From the NCBI GenBank assembly GCA_947501605.1, contig CANMWZ010000004.1, positions 128,001 to 192,000 on the forward strand: a stretch of 64,000 nucleotides of DNA, given 5' to 3'. Source of the stretch: Planctomycetota bacterium. Its GTDB lineage: Bacteria > Planctomycetota > UBA1135 > UBA2386. Numbering within the stretch: position 1 is the first letter of the stretch; the number at the start of each line of letters is the position of its first letter. The notes beneath the pieces were generated by a model. The model made no database searches, was not told the origin of the DNA, and saw only the letters and a program-made list of their open reading frames with translations. This document shows, piece by piece, positions 48,167 through 57,200 of this stretch. Position numbers and translations under genes: made by a program.

Positions 48167-49561
48167 ATGCGAGTCGTCGATGACAGCGGTCTCGAGGTGC
48201 GTGTCGCCTCCGGGCGCCTGCTGTATGAGGCCTTGCGGTTGGCTTGGCAGCGCGCGGTCAACGGCGCGTTGGCCGTTGTTGCCGGCGCGCTCACGACTCG
48301 CCGGACTCCGCCGCTGCGTCGCACCGCTGGCCACGCTGCCGGTCCCGTCGTGCTGGTGGTGCCGGTGCTGCCAGACCAGAGCCACACGTTCGTGTATCGC
48401 GAAGTCCTGGCCTTGCTGCGCGCGCGGCCCGACTGGCGCTGCGTGGTGCTCGCCAAGAACGCGCTGGCGCCGCGGCACGGTGAGGCCGAGGAACTGACGG
48501 CGAAAGTGACCTTTCTGCCGCGGGCGGGCGTCACCGTCCGCGCCATCCGCGTGCTCCGTTGGCTGTGCCGCTCGCGAGGTCGGGAGCTGTTTGCGATGTA
48601 TCGGGCGCAGCCCGGCGGCTCGGTGGGGGGACTGCTCGGTCGGCGCGTTCTGCGCGAGCCGCGCGATCCCGGCAACGCCTTCGAACTGGCCGACTTACTG
48701 GCGCCGATGCGCCCGTGCCATGTACACGTCTACAGCTCGACGCATCCGACCAACGTTGCGATGGGCGCCGCGCACCTGCTGTCGCTCCCGTTCTCGATTT
48801 CGTCGTACGTCGACTTCGAGTTTGGCTATCAGCACAAGATGCTGGCGGAGAAGGTGGCGCGGGCGACCTTCTTCCGCGTGGTGACGAAGTTCTGCGCCGC
48901 GAGGCTCCTGGCAATGCCAGGACTGCCGGCACTCGACGTGAACAGCGTTCCGGTCGTCTATCTGGGTCTCGACCTTGCCAACTGGCGGCAGCGAGCTGCG
49001 CCGCAGAGACGCGGAGTGCTGCTGAGCGCCGCGCGGCTCGTGCCCAAGAAGGGGCTGCAATTCGTACCTGCCGCCCTGCGCATCCTTCGCGATCGCGGGA
49101 TCGTCTGCCGCTGGCGCGTCATTGGTGATGGGCCCGAGCGCTTTGCACTCGAAGCGGCTTGTCGCGAGCGCGGCGTCGCCGACCTCGTCGAGTTTCTCGG
49201 CGCCTTGGCCAGCAACGAAGTCCGACGAGAGCTCCTGACGGCGGACCTTGCTGTGCTGCCGTGCGTGATTGCTGCCGATGGCGAGCGGGATGGCATCCCA
49301 GTGTTTCTCAACGAAGCGATGGCGCTCGCGGTGCCAGTGGTCACGACTCCGATCTCCGGCATCCCGGAGATGGTGCGGGATGGCGAGACCGGGTTTCTGG
49401 CCCAACCAGGCGACAGCCAGAGTCTCGCGGACACGATTGCCCGCGCGTTGGCGTCTCCGGAGTTGGCCAGGACGGTTGGCGACAGTGGCCGCGCGCTCGT
49501 CCACGACATGCTCGACGTCGACGTGACCGCGGCGCAGTTGCTCGCGAGGATCGAGGCGTGA
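48167..49561 (+). CDS. GT4 glycosyltransferase (WcaL-like)
   Basis: SHTFVYREV, ARLVPKKG, DGERDGIPVFLNEAMA. Start uncertain. Confidence 0.85.
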   Translation: MRVVDDSGLEVRVASGRLLYEALRLAWQRAVNGALAVVAGALTTRRTPPLRRTAGHAAGPVVLVVPVLPDQSHTFVYREVLALLRARPDWRCVVLAKNALAPRHGEAEELTAKVTFLPRAGVTVRAIRVLRWLCRSRGRELFAMYRAQPGGSVGGLLGRRVLREPRDPGNAFELADLLAPMRPCHVHVYSSTHPTNVAMGAAHLLSLPFSISSYVDFEFGYQHKMLAEKVARATFFRVVTKFCAARLLAMPGLPALDVNSVPVVYLGLDLANWRQRAAPQRRGVLLSAARLVPKKGLQFVPAALRILRDRGIVCRWRVIGDGPERFALEAACRERGVADLVEFLGALASNEVRRELLTADLAVLPCVIAADGERDGIPVFLNEAMALAVPVVTTPISGIPEMVRDGETGFLAQPGDSQSLADTIARALASPELARTVGDSGRALVHDMLDVDVTAAQLLARIEA

Positions 49562-50652
49562 ACGCCGCGCGACAGCTGCTCTTGTGCGCGTGTTGGCCGC
49601 TGGTGTGGCTCGGTGCCCTTGCGTTCTCCTTGCTGCTCGTTTTGATCGATCTGGTCTGTTGGCCCTTCCTTCGCCTGCTGCGCCGCGTGCCTGCCGATGT
49701 GGCGCCCGCGACTCGAAACGCCTCGATCATCGTACTCAATTGGAACGGGCTGCACTTCTTGCGCGAGTTGATGCCGTCGCTGCACACCGCCGTCCAGCGC
49801 TGCCCGGGTGACCACGAGGTGATCGTCGTCGACAACGGCAGCACCGATGGATCGGCGGCTTGGCTGGAGCGGGAGCACGCCTTTGCGCGGGTCGTGTGCC
49901 TGCCCGAGAACCGGTTCTTCATCCGCGGTAACCGTGCCGGCTCCGCGATTGCCTCGCGCGACATCTTGGTGTTCCTCAACAACGACATGCGTGTCGAAGA
50001 GGACTTTCTCGTCGAACTGCTGCGACCGTTTGGTGCGGGCGACCTGTTTGCGGTGAGCGCTCGGATCGAGATGCAGGGCGAGCGCAAGGAGACCGGGTTC
50101 ACGCGCTGTTTCTTGCGCCGCGGTGAATTGCGCCTGATGCAAGAGCCCGGCGAGGCGGGCGAGCCGCGCCCGGTGTTGTGGGCCGGCGGCGGCAGCAGTG
50201 CTTTTGACCGCCGCAAGCATGATGCGATCGGCGGCTTCGAAGACCTCTACGACCCTTGCTATGTCGAAGACGTGAGCTTGTCGTATCAGGCTTGGCGCCG
50301 CGGTTGGCGCTCGGTCTACGCCCACCGCAGTGTCGTCCACCACGCCCATCGCGGAACTTCGAGCCGAGTGTTCACGCGAGCGCGGTTGGAGCGGTTGGAT
50401 TGGCGCAATCGCGAGTTGTTCTTCGTCCGCAGCGTGACGGATCCGCTGCTCGTGCTGACGCATGGCCTGTGGTTTGGCTGGAACCTCAGGAAGCGTGCAC
50501 GCTCGCTATCGCTGCCCATCGGCGATGGCGTGCTCGCGGTGCTCGCCGCGGTTCCGCGGCTGCCAGCGGCCGTCGTGGCCCGGCAGCGCGCACGGCGCCA
50601 CTACCGTCGTGGCGATCGGGACGTGCTCGGCCTCGTCACTTCGAAGCCATAG
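49558..50652 (+). CDS. GT2 glycosyltransferase with N-terminal TM segment
   Basis: IIVLNWNG, VDNGSTDGS, FLNND, YVEDV. Confidence 0.87.
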   Translation: MNAARQLLLCACWPLVWLGALAFSLLLVLIDLVCWPFLRLLRRVPADVAPATRNASIIVLNWNGLHFLRELMPSLHTAVQRCPGDHEVIVVDNGSTDGSAAWLEREHAFARVVCLPENRFFIRGNRAGSAIASRDILVFLNNDMRVEEDFLVELLRPFGAGDLFAVSARIEMQGERKETGFTRCFLRRGELRLMQEPGEAGEPRPVLWAGGGSSAFDRRKHDAIGGFEDLYDPCYVEDVSLSYQAWRRGWRSVYAHRSVVHHAHRGTSSRVFTRARLERLDWRNRELFFVRSVTDPLLVLTHGLWFGWNLRKRARSLSLPIGDGVLAVLAAVPRLPAAVVARQRARRHYRRGDRDVLGLVTSKP

Positions 50653-50740
50653 ACGTGGCTTCGGACAGCGCCAGCGGCGGCGGCCAGCCCCGACGACCTC
50701 GGGCTGCATCGCGGCCTCGCCACGGCAACTACATGCTCCG

Positions 50741-52021
50741 CTACGAGTCCGCTCCTTGCCCTTGGCTGCCGCGGCTCGGCCTCGTGCGCAGGTCCTCTTC
50801 GACAGCAGCTCGAGCGCTGCCGCTGACGGTTGCGGTCATTGCCTCGATGCAGAGCGCTCGCAAGTTCGCAATCGCCGCGGTGTGTGAGTAATGGCTCTCG
50901 ACCAAGGCCCGGGCTCGAGCCACGTAATCGCGGCGCCGGTTGCCGAGCAGGTCGCGCAGTGCGGCCACACCCTGCTCCGGGGTTTCGAATCGACGGAAGT
51001 GCACGTCGTCCTCGGCACGGAGGCCCTCGGCACCAATCCCCGAACTCGCGACGGGGACACCGAGTGCAAACGCCTCGAGGATCTTCAGTCGCGTCCCGCC
51101 CCCTGTACGGATCGGCACGTAGGTCGCGTGGCTGGTCGCATAGTGCGGCAACAGGTCGGCAACGCGACCGAGGAACGACACGCCGTCGCGACCGCGCAAG
51201 TAGTTCGTGCCGCCAACGGCATCCTCGCCGATAACGCGCAGCTGGAGACCCGGGAACGCGGCGCGCAGGACCGGCAGGTGCACTTCGACCAGTTCGACGA
51301 CGGCCTCGAGGTTCGGTGGGTAGTCGAGGCGGCCGACAAACAGCAGCCGCGGCGGTCCCTCTGGCACCGCAGTGCCGAACGGCATGCGGGTCAGATCGAC
51401 CGAGTTGGGCACCGTGGTCACGTGGGCCGTCGGGCACAGCCGCAGTGCCAGCGCCCGATCCACATCCGACACGGTGACTGCGCGCACAGCATTTCGCAGC
51501 GCGATGGACTCGACGCGCGCGATTCGTAGCGACTCCATGCGGCGCGACACGCGTTCGCCAAAGGGCCGCGCGGTGCCGTCGTTGCGGGCGAAGATCGCGG
51601 CTTCGACGTTGTGGAGGTGCAGCAACAAGCGTCTTGGCGTCTGGCGCAGCAAGGGCAGCACGTGGGAGCCATCCGCGACGACGAGGTCAAAGTCGTGCTC
51701 GCGCAGCAGCGCGCTCACGCGCGCGATCGCGGCGGGGGACCAGCGCCGAGCGAGCAGTTCGGATTGGCCGCGGACCCAACTGGCGACCTTGCGCAGTCGG
51801 CTCGGTTGCTCGACTTCGCGCCGTGGCAATTCGTGGAGTACGAGTCCGAGTTCGCTGGCGAGTCGCGCCGCATCGGCCCTGGCCTCGTCGCCTGCTACGG
51901 GCAGCGCATGATGGACCTCGCCAAGTCCCTGGAGTGCTGCCAGCAGCACGCGCGTACGAATGCTCCCGCCGTGGGTGATCGGCTCGGCGACATAGGGCGA
52001 GAGGCAGAGAATTTTCCGCAT
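50741..52021 (-). CDS. GT4 glycosyltransferase
   Basis: HGGSIR, HLHNVE, FVGRLDYPPN, GGGTRLKILEA. Confidence 0.87.
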   Translation of the reverse strand: MRKILCLSPYVAEPITHGGSIRTRVLLAALQGLGEVHHALPVAGDEARADAARLASELGLVLHELPRREVEQPSRLRKVASWVRGQSELLARRWSPAAIARVSALLREHDFDLVVADGSHVLPLLRQTPRRLLLHLHNVEAAIFARNDGTARPFGERVSRRMESLRIARVESIALRNAVRAVTVSDVDRALALRLCPTAHVTTVPNSVDLTRMPFGTAVPEGPPRLLFVGRLDYPPNLEAVVELVEVHLPVLRAAFPGLQLRVIGEDAVGGTNYLRGRDGVSFLGRVADLLPHYATSHATYVPIRTGGGTRLKILEAFALGVPVASSGIGAEGLRAEDDVHFRRFETPEQGVAALRDLLGNRRRDYVARARALVESHYSHTAAIANLRALCIEAMTATVSGSARAAVEEDLRTRPSRGSQGQGADS

Positions 52022-52109
52022 GACAGCCGGGGGCTGCTGAATACGGCGAACTGTAGACAAGGGGGCAGCGCTCGACGCAGGTCGGTCGGGGGGGCGCCAG
52101 TGCAGAAGG

Positions 52110-53105
52110 CTACCCGATGCCGCGTTCGAGGCGTTTGCCGAGCCAGCGGAAGAATGCGCCCTTCAGGCCCGGCAGGTTCGAACCTGCCTTCGCACCGAGG
52201 TATTGGCCCCAGCACTGCCAACGCACGTAGTCGCGGGTCCAGCGCAGGGCGTCGGCTTCCTGCTCCTTGCCCAAGTTCTGGCTGCGCACGAAGTCGAGGT
52301 GCTCCTTGGTGGCATGTTCGATGGCCCCGCGCACGGCTGCGCGCGTCGGAATGCCAACGAGGCCGAACAGCCCGCGCAGATTGCGATGGTCACAGAAGGT
52401 GCGCTTGCCCTCGGACCACGCCGATCGATCGTGGCTGTGCATCACGCAGGCGCCGCCTTGGTGCGCGAGGGCAAGGCCGGCGCGGATGGCGCGCATGCCA
52501 AACCAGACATCTTCGCCGAAGCGACGCGGCCCGAGCGGGAACTGTTGCCACGCGGAACGTCGGATCGCCGAGGCCACGTTGTCAAAGGCGCAGGTCATCA
52601 GTTGTTCGAAGGCCGGCAGGTCTTCGAGTCGCTTGCCCGGCGGCAACTGCTTCTTGGTGATGCCTTCGCCCCAGCCTGGCCACCCCCGGATGCGGCGATC
52701 GAGCACTGGTTGGCAGCCGCTGCGAGGCACTTGGCGGCACCACACGCCCGCAACCTGTGGGTCCGCGAAGGGCTCGACCATCCGCTGCAACCAGTCGCGG
52801 CCCATCGGCGTCGCGTCCTGGACCATGAGAACGATGATCTCGCCGGTCGTCATCGCGATGCCGCGGTCGCGCGTCGCGCCGTGGTCGAACTCACGCTTGT
52901 CGATCGGGGCAACGCGAAAGCCGCTGCGCTCGAGCCGCGCTACGGTCCCGTCGCCGGAGCCGCTGTCGATGGCGAGCAACTCGTCAAAGCGCACGCCGTC
53001 AAGTTGATCGAGGCCCGCCAGCACATCGTCGAGCAACGGGCCGGCGTTGTAGGTCGGAATGACGAGCGAGATGCGCACAGTGTTGGATGTTGCCGGGGCG
53101 CGCAC
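52110..53105 (-). CDS. GT2 glycosyltransferase (rhamnosyltransferase-like)
   Basis: VIPTYNAG, IDSGSGD, FDHGATR, MVQDA, FGED, HSH. Confidence 0.85.
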   Translation of the reverse strand: MRAPATSNTVRISLVIPTYNAGPLLDDVLAGLDQLDGVRFDELLAIDSGSGDGTVARLERSGFRVAPIDKREFDHGATRDRGIAMTTGEIIVLMVQDATPMGRDWLQRMVEPFADPQVAGVWCRQVPRSGCQPVLDRRIRGWPGWGEGITKKQLPPGKRLEDLPAFEQLMTCAFDNVASAIRRSAWQQFPLGPRRFGEDVWFGMRAIRAGLALAHQGGACVMHSHDRSAWSEGKRTFCDHRNLRGLFGLVGIPTRAAVRGAIEHATKEHLDFVRSQNLGKEQEADALRWTRDYVRWQCWGQYLGAKAGSNLPGLKGAFFRWLGKRLERGIG

Positions 53106-53111
53106 CGCGGC

Positions 53112-53175
53112 GCCAGCCGCACAGTGCCAGCCGTAGAGTGCCAGCCGTAGAGTGCCAGCCGTAGAGTTCCAGCCG
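53112..53175. repeat. 14-bp tandem repeat (~4.5 copies)
   Basis: GCCAGCCGTAGAGT, three perfect copies (53126-53167) flanked by degenerate copies. Confidence 0.92.
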
Positions 53176-53186
53176 CTCGGCGCTGG

Positions 53187-53990
53187 CTACGCCGCCGCCA
53201 ACTTGGCGGCGATGTCGTAGAGCTGCTCCCAGTTGGTCACGAACGCAGCGACCGGTGGCGCGACCTTGGTCGACCCGATCCACACAGCCTCGATCGCTGG
53301 CAGGGACAAGAACTCGAAGACGCGGCCGAACGCGCCGATGCCCTTCGCCTCGATGTCGCGCTCGTAGGAGACATCGAGCATCGGGTGGGTCCACTTCAGT
53401 CGATCGAGCTGGGCTCGAACCGTGACGCAGTCGCGGCAGTAGACCTCGAACTCGTCAGCCGGGATGGTGAAGGGGCCCTCGGGGTGCTCGATGCTTGCTG
53501 GGGTCTTGAAGAACGAGTGCCAGACGCCGGACCGCATCGCGCGGACGAGAGATGCGTACTGCGCGACCAGGTCGTCGCGGTGGACCCGGATGAGGGCAAC
53601 CTCGCGCAGGCTCTCGTTCTCCTGCATGGCATCGACCAACTGCCGTGCCTCGAGTGCCGAGCCGAGCGCGACCTTGAGGCCGTTGGCGAGCACGCGATCC
53701 GACTTGGGGTGGGCCTTCGTGCCGCCATATCCCATCAATTTGGGGTCGCCTTCAGCACCCGGAATCAGGCTCAACGCATCGATCAGCAAGCCCATGCCAT
53801 GCTCCCGTTCCCAATCGTTCTGGCCGCTCACCGTGAACGCCCCGATGCCGCGGGTGAAGAAGGGGTCGACGCGAATCTCGTCCATGGCCGTCCGGACGTC
53901 GGGATGACCCTGCAGCGCCTGGAGCGTGACCGTGGTGCCGCTCCTGGCCATGCCAACGATCACAAAGCGCTTTCTAGAAGGTGTTTGCAT
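53187..53990 (-). CDS. Sulfotransferase (Stf0-like)
   Basis: FVIVGMARSGTT (PAPS loop), HP, R.DLVAQYAS, VSYE. Confidence 0.75.
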   Translation of the reverse strand: MQTPSRKRFVIVGMARSGTTVTLQALQGHPDVRTAMDEIRVDPFFTRGIGAFTVSGQNDWEREHGMGLLIDALSLIPGAEGDPKLMGYGGTKAHPKSDRVLANGLKVALGSALEARQLVDAMQENESLREVALIRVHRDDLVAQYASLVRAMRSGVWHSFFKTPASIEHPEGPFTIPADEFEVYCRDCVTVRAQLDRLKWTHPMLDVSYERDIEAKGIGAFGRVFEFLSLPAIEAVWIGSTKVAPPVAAFVTNWEQLYDIAAKLAAA

Positions 53991-54289
53991 GTGGCTCTTG
54001 CCAGCGCGCGAGGCTGCCTCGCCTACGGTCGTCTTGGGCAGGCGACTACAAAACAACCCTACTCAAGAACGGCGACCCGGGAGGTCCGAAAAATGTAGTC
54101 GCGCCGCATTTGGGACGCGGCGGATCGCAAGGCACCGGCGGGAGTGCCGGTTCCGCTAGCCCGCTGGCTGGAAGAGTTTCTGCGCGCCCCTTAGGCGACG
54201 GCCGCAGGGTGAGCCGATAACCTCCCGCCCAGCCCACTCCTGTTGGCGATCCTTCCGCACCCTGCCCCCTTGGCACGCCTCTCCTTCTG

Positions 54290-57200
54290 ATGAACCCGGC
54301 CGAGTTGCCTCCGAGCGACCTCCCCATGGACCGCGGTGCCTTGGCGGCCACGCGGCGCCATCTTGGCCTCCCGGCGTCGCCGAGCGCGGAGCCCAGCGGG
54401 GAATCCAGTGAGGAAGCACGCCCGGTGTGCACCGCACCTGGTGCCGTCCTCGTGGTCGATGCCGACGGCGCCCTAAGAGCCTGCGAGTTTGGCTCCGCGA
54501 CGCTGGCCGATGGTCCAAGTGCAGGTGGCCGCGACTTGGACTGGAGTGCGGTGTGGCAGGGTGCCCCGCTGCGCCGATTGCGGGTGGCGCTCACGAACGG
54601 GACCCTGCCGGGCTGGCATTGCGGCGGTTGCATCCGTTCGTGCCGTGCCGAAGGGATCCACCCGCAGTTGCCGCTGTTGCGCGAGTATGGCGCAGTGGCG
54701 GCGAGCACTGGCAAGGGTGGGCCGCATCACCTCATGGTCCGGGTGCCGAGCGGACCTCTGGCAGCCGGGGTCGACGTGCTGGTCGCGTCGCTGTTGCCGC
54801 GGCTGCAGAAGCTCACGCTGATTGCCGACGAACTGGTCGCGAACGGTGGCCTTGCCGAACTGATGGCGCGGTTGCGTTCGCTGTCGCCGCGACCTGCGGT
54901 GGTGCTTCGGATTGCGGCGGTCGGGGATGCCGACGCCGCGATCGACCTGCTAGTTGGCACCGGCATTACCGAGATCGAGATCGAGCTCTCATCGGGCGCG
55001 TTCGCGGAACTCGAGACAGCGAGAGTTGTGGCCCAGTCGCTGGGTGCCGCTCTGCGCGCGCGCTTTGTGCCGACGCCCGCCGCCTGGTTCGAACTCGAGG
55101 ACGCTGCACTCCGCTGCGCAGTCGAGCCGGTGGTCCCGCTGGAGCTGCGACTCGAGGATGGCTCGGGATCAGTGCCGTTGGCGACCGTTGCGGTCGAGGA
55201 TTTGGCGTTCGTGCGCGCCTGCATCGCCACGACCTGGGATCGCCTCGGCGTCGAAGCGCGACCGCGGTCCTTGGGCGAACGGGCGTTCTCCGACCTGTTG
55301 GCACGGCTCCGTGGACTGCTGCAGCAACAGGCTGCGGCCGCCCTCGTCGAGCACGCGCCGGCAGCGATGGCCGCGGTCGCGCTGCCGCCTCTCCATCACT
55401 CCTGGTGCTCTTCGCCAGCGCGGCGCGATGACTGGATGCGCACTGTGCTCGGTCAGGGCGACCACAGCGTCGTGCGCGCTTGGCTCCAGCAGCAGCTCGC
55501 TAGCGACGATGCGCGCGCGCGGCTCGTCGACACCGATTGGCTCCGTCTGTTGACCCAGCGCGTCGCCGCGGAAGTGCGAATGCCGCAGGCGCTCGAGGCG
55601 TTGCGCAGTCTCTACGCCGATTCCAAGCAACGTACGGCGCTGGTCGCAGCCGATGCCGCCTTCGCGGAGCGGACCCCGTTGGCGGCGTTTGGCGGGCCTT
55701 GGGCGGTGCGACTCGGGCTCGGACGGCTGAAGGCGCGCAAGCGACCCTTCGCGATCCCCAAGGCCAACCCCGCGGTCGCGGGCTCCCCCGACGTCACGGT
55801 GTTGATCCCGTCGTATCGCCACGAGGACTATGTAGTCGACGCGATTCGCAGCGTGCTCGCGCAGCGGGGGGGTGGCGTGCAGGTGCTGGTGGTGGTGGTG
55901 GACGACTGCTCACCCGACGGCACCGTGCAAAACGCTCGCTCGGTCAAGGATCCGCGCGTCACCGTCTCGGTCAATGAAGAGAACCTTGGTCTCGGCAACT
56001 CGGTGCTGCGCGCGCTCGAACGGGTCACGACACCGTTCGTAGCGATCTTGAACTCCGACGACGTGTTCCATCCAGATCGCATCGCGCGGTGCCGCGCCGT
56101 CCTGTTGGCGAACGCGTCGGTGCAGCTCGTGACAACGGGACTGGCGCTGATCGACCACGATGGCACGGAGATCACGACGGCGAACGCGAGTCTCGTACTC
56201 GATGGTCAGCAGGTCTACGACTGGGTCCATTGGTACAGGGGTGTGACCCCACCAGCCGACCTGCCGCCCGACCAGGTGTTTGCGCGCCTTTTGGAGAGCA
56301 ACTTTCTCGCGACCAGCAGCAACCTCGTAGTGCGGACCGAGTGGTTGCGGCAGCAGAGCGAGTCGTTGCGGAGCTTGAAGTACTGCCTCGACTGGCAGCT
56401 ATTCCTGGAGGCGGCCCTCGAAGGCGCGCTGCATCATCTGCCGGAGCCGCTTGCGGGCTATCGACTGCACGCGACCAACACCGTTTGGTTTCGCGAAGGG
56501 CGCCGCTGGTCGTACTACCTAGAGGTCAATCGCGTCGCCTCGACGGCGCTGCAGCGTTTTGCCGCGACGGGGCGGGCGGATGACGAGAAGGGCGTGATGC
56601 GCGTCCTCGATGCGATCGAAGCGCACCTCAGCCGGAATCGCGAGACCGACGGCTACGCCATGCTGTTGAACTCCGCGGTCGACTCGTTGCGGCTCGACGG
56701 GCTCGCGGCGGCCTCTGCAGCGGTGCAGCAGCGAATCCAGAACCTCAACCGCGCGGCGGAGGAAGTCAGGGTCGCTTGCGATCGTGCGCGAGCCGAGCCT
56801 GCCGGCGGCGTCGATCGGCACCAGGCGCTGCGAATCCTCCTCGGCGATCTTGCTGCCGAGCAAGCCCGTAGCGAGCACGACCTGCGGCAAGGGTTGCAGG
56901 GCTACTGCGATGCCCTCGAGGGGCGGCTGCGCGAGTGCTGGGACGGACGTCATCAGGTCGAGAACGAGAAGTCGATGGCGCTAGGTCGTGTCGCCGATCT
57001 CGATCGTCGAACTGCCGAACTGACGCAGCAGGTAGCGCGAATCCCCGAGTTGGACCGCCAGTCGGAGTTGTTGCGAATGGACAGTTCGGCGCTGCGCACC
57101 GACAACGACGCGCTGCGGACCGACAACGCCGCCGTGCGCAGCGATCGAGAGGCGGCTCGTGTCGAAGTGGAGCGCGGGCGCCAGGACCTAGCGATCGCGC

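Noticed and set aside
47872..48675. N-terminal extension of the GT-C ORF (780 aa)
   Set aside because: It overlaps the divergent GT4 gene and has no membrane-protein character.
53112..53175. Possible CRISPR array
   Set aside because: The 14-bp units are contiguous with no spacers, and there are no cas genes.
54270..54286. sigma54 promoter before the giant GT (TTGGCACG)
   Set aside because: The -24 box is perfect but the -12 position reads CT instead of GC.
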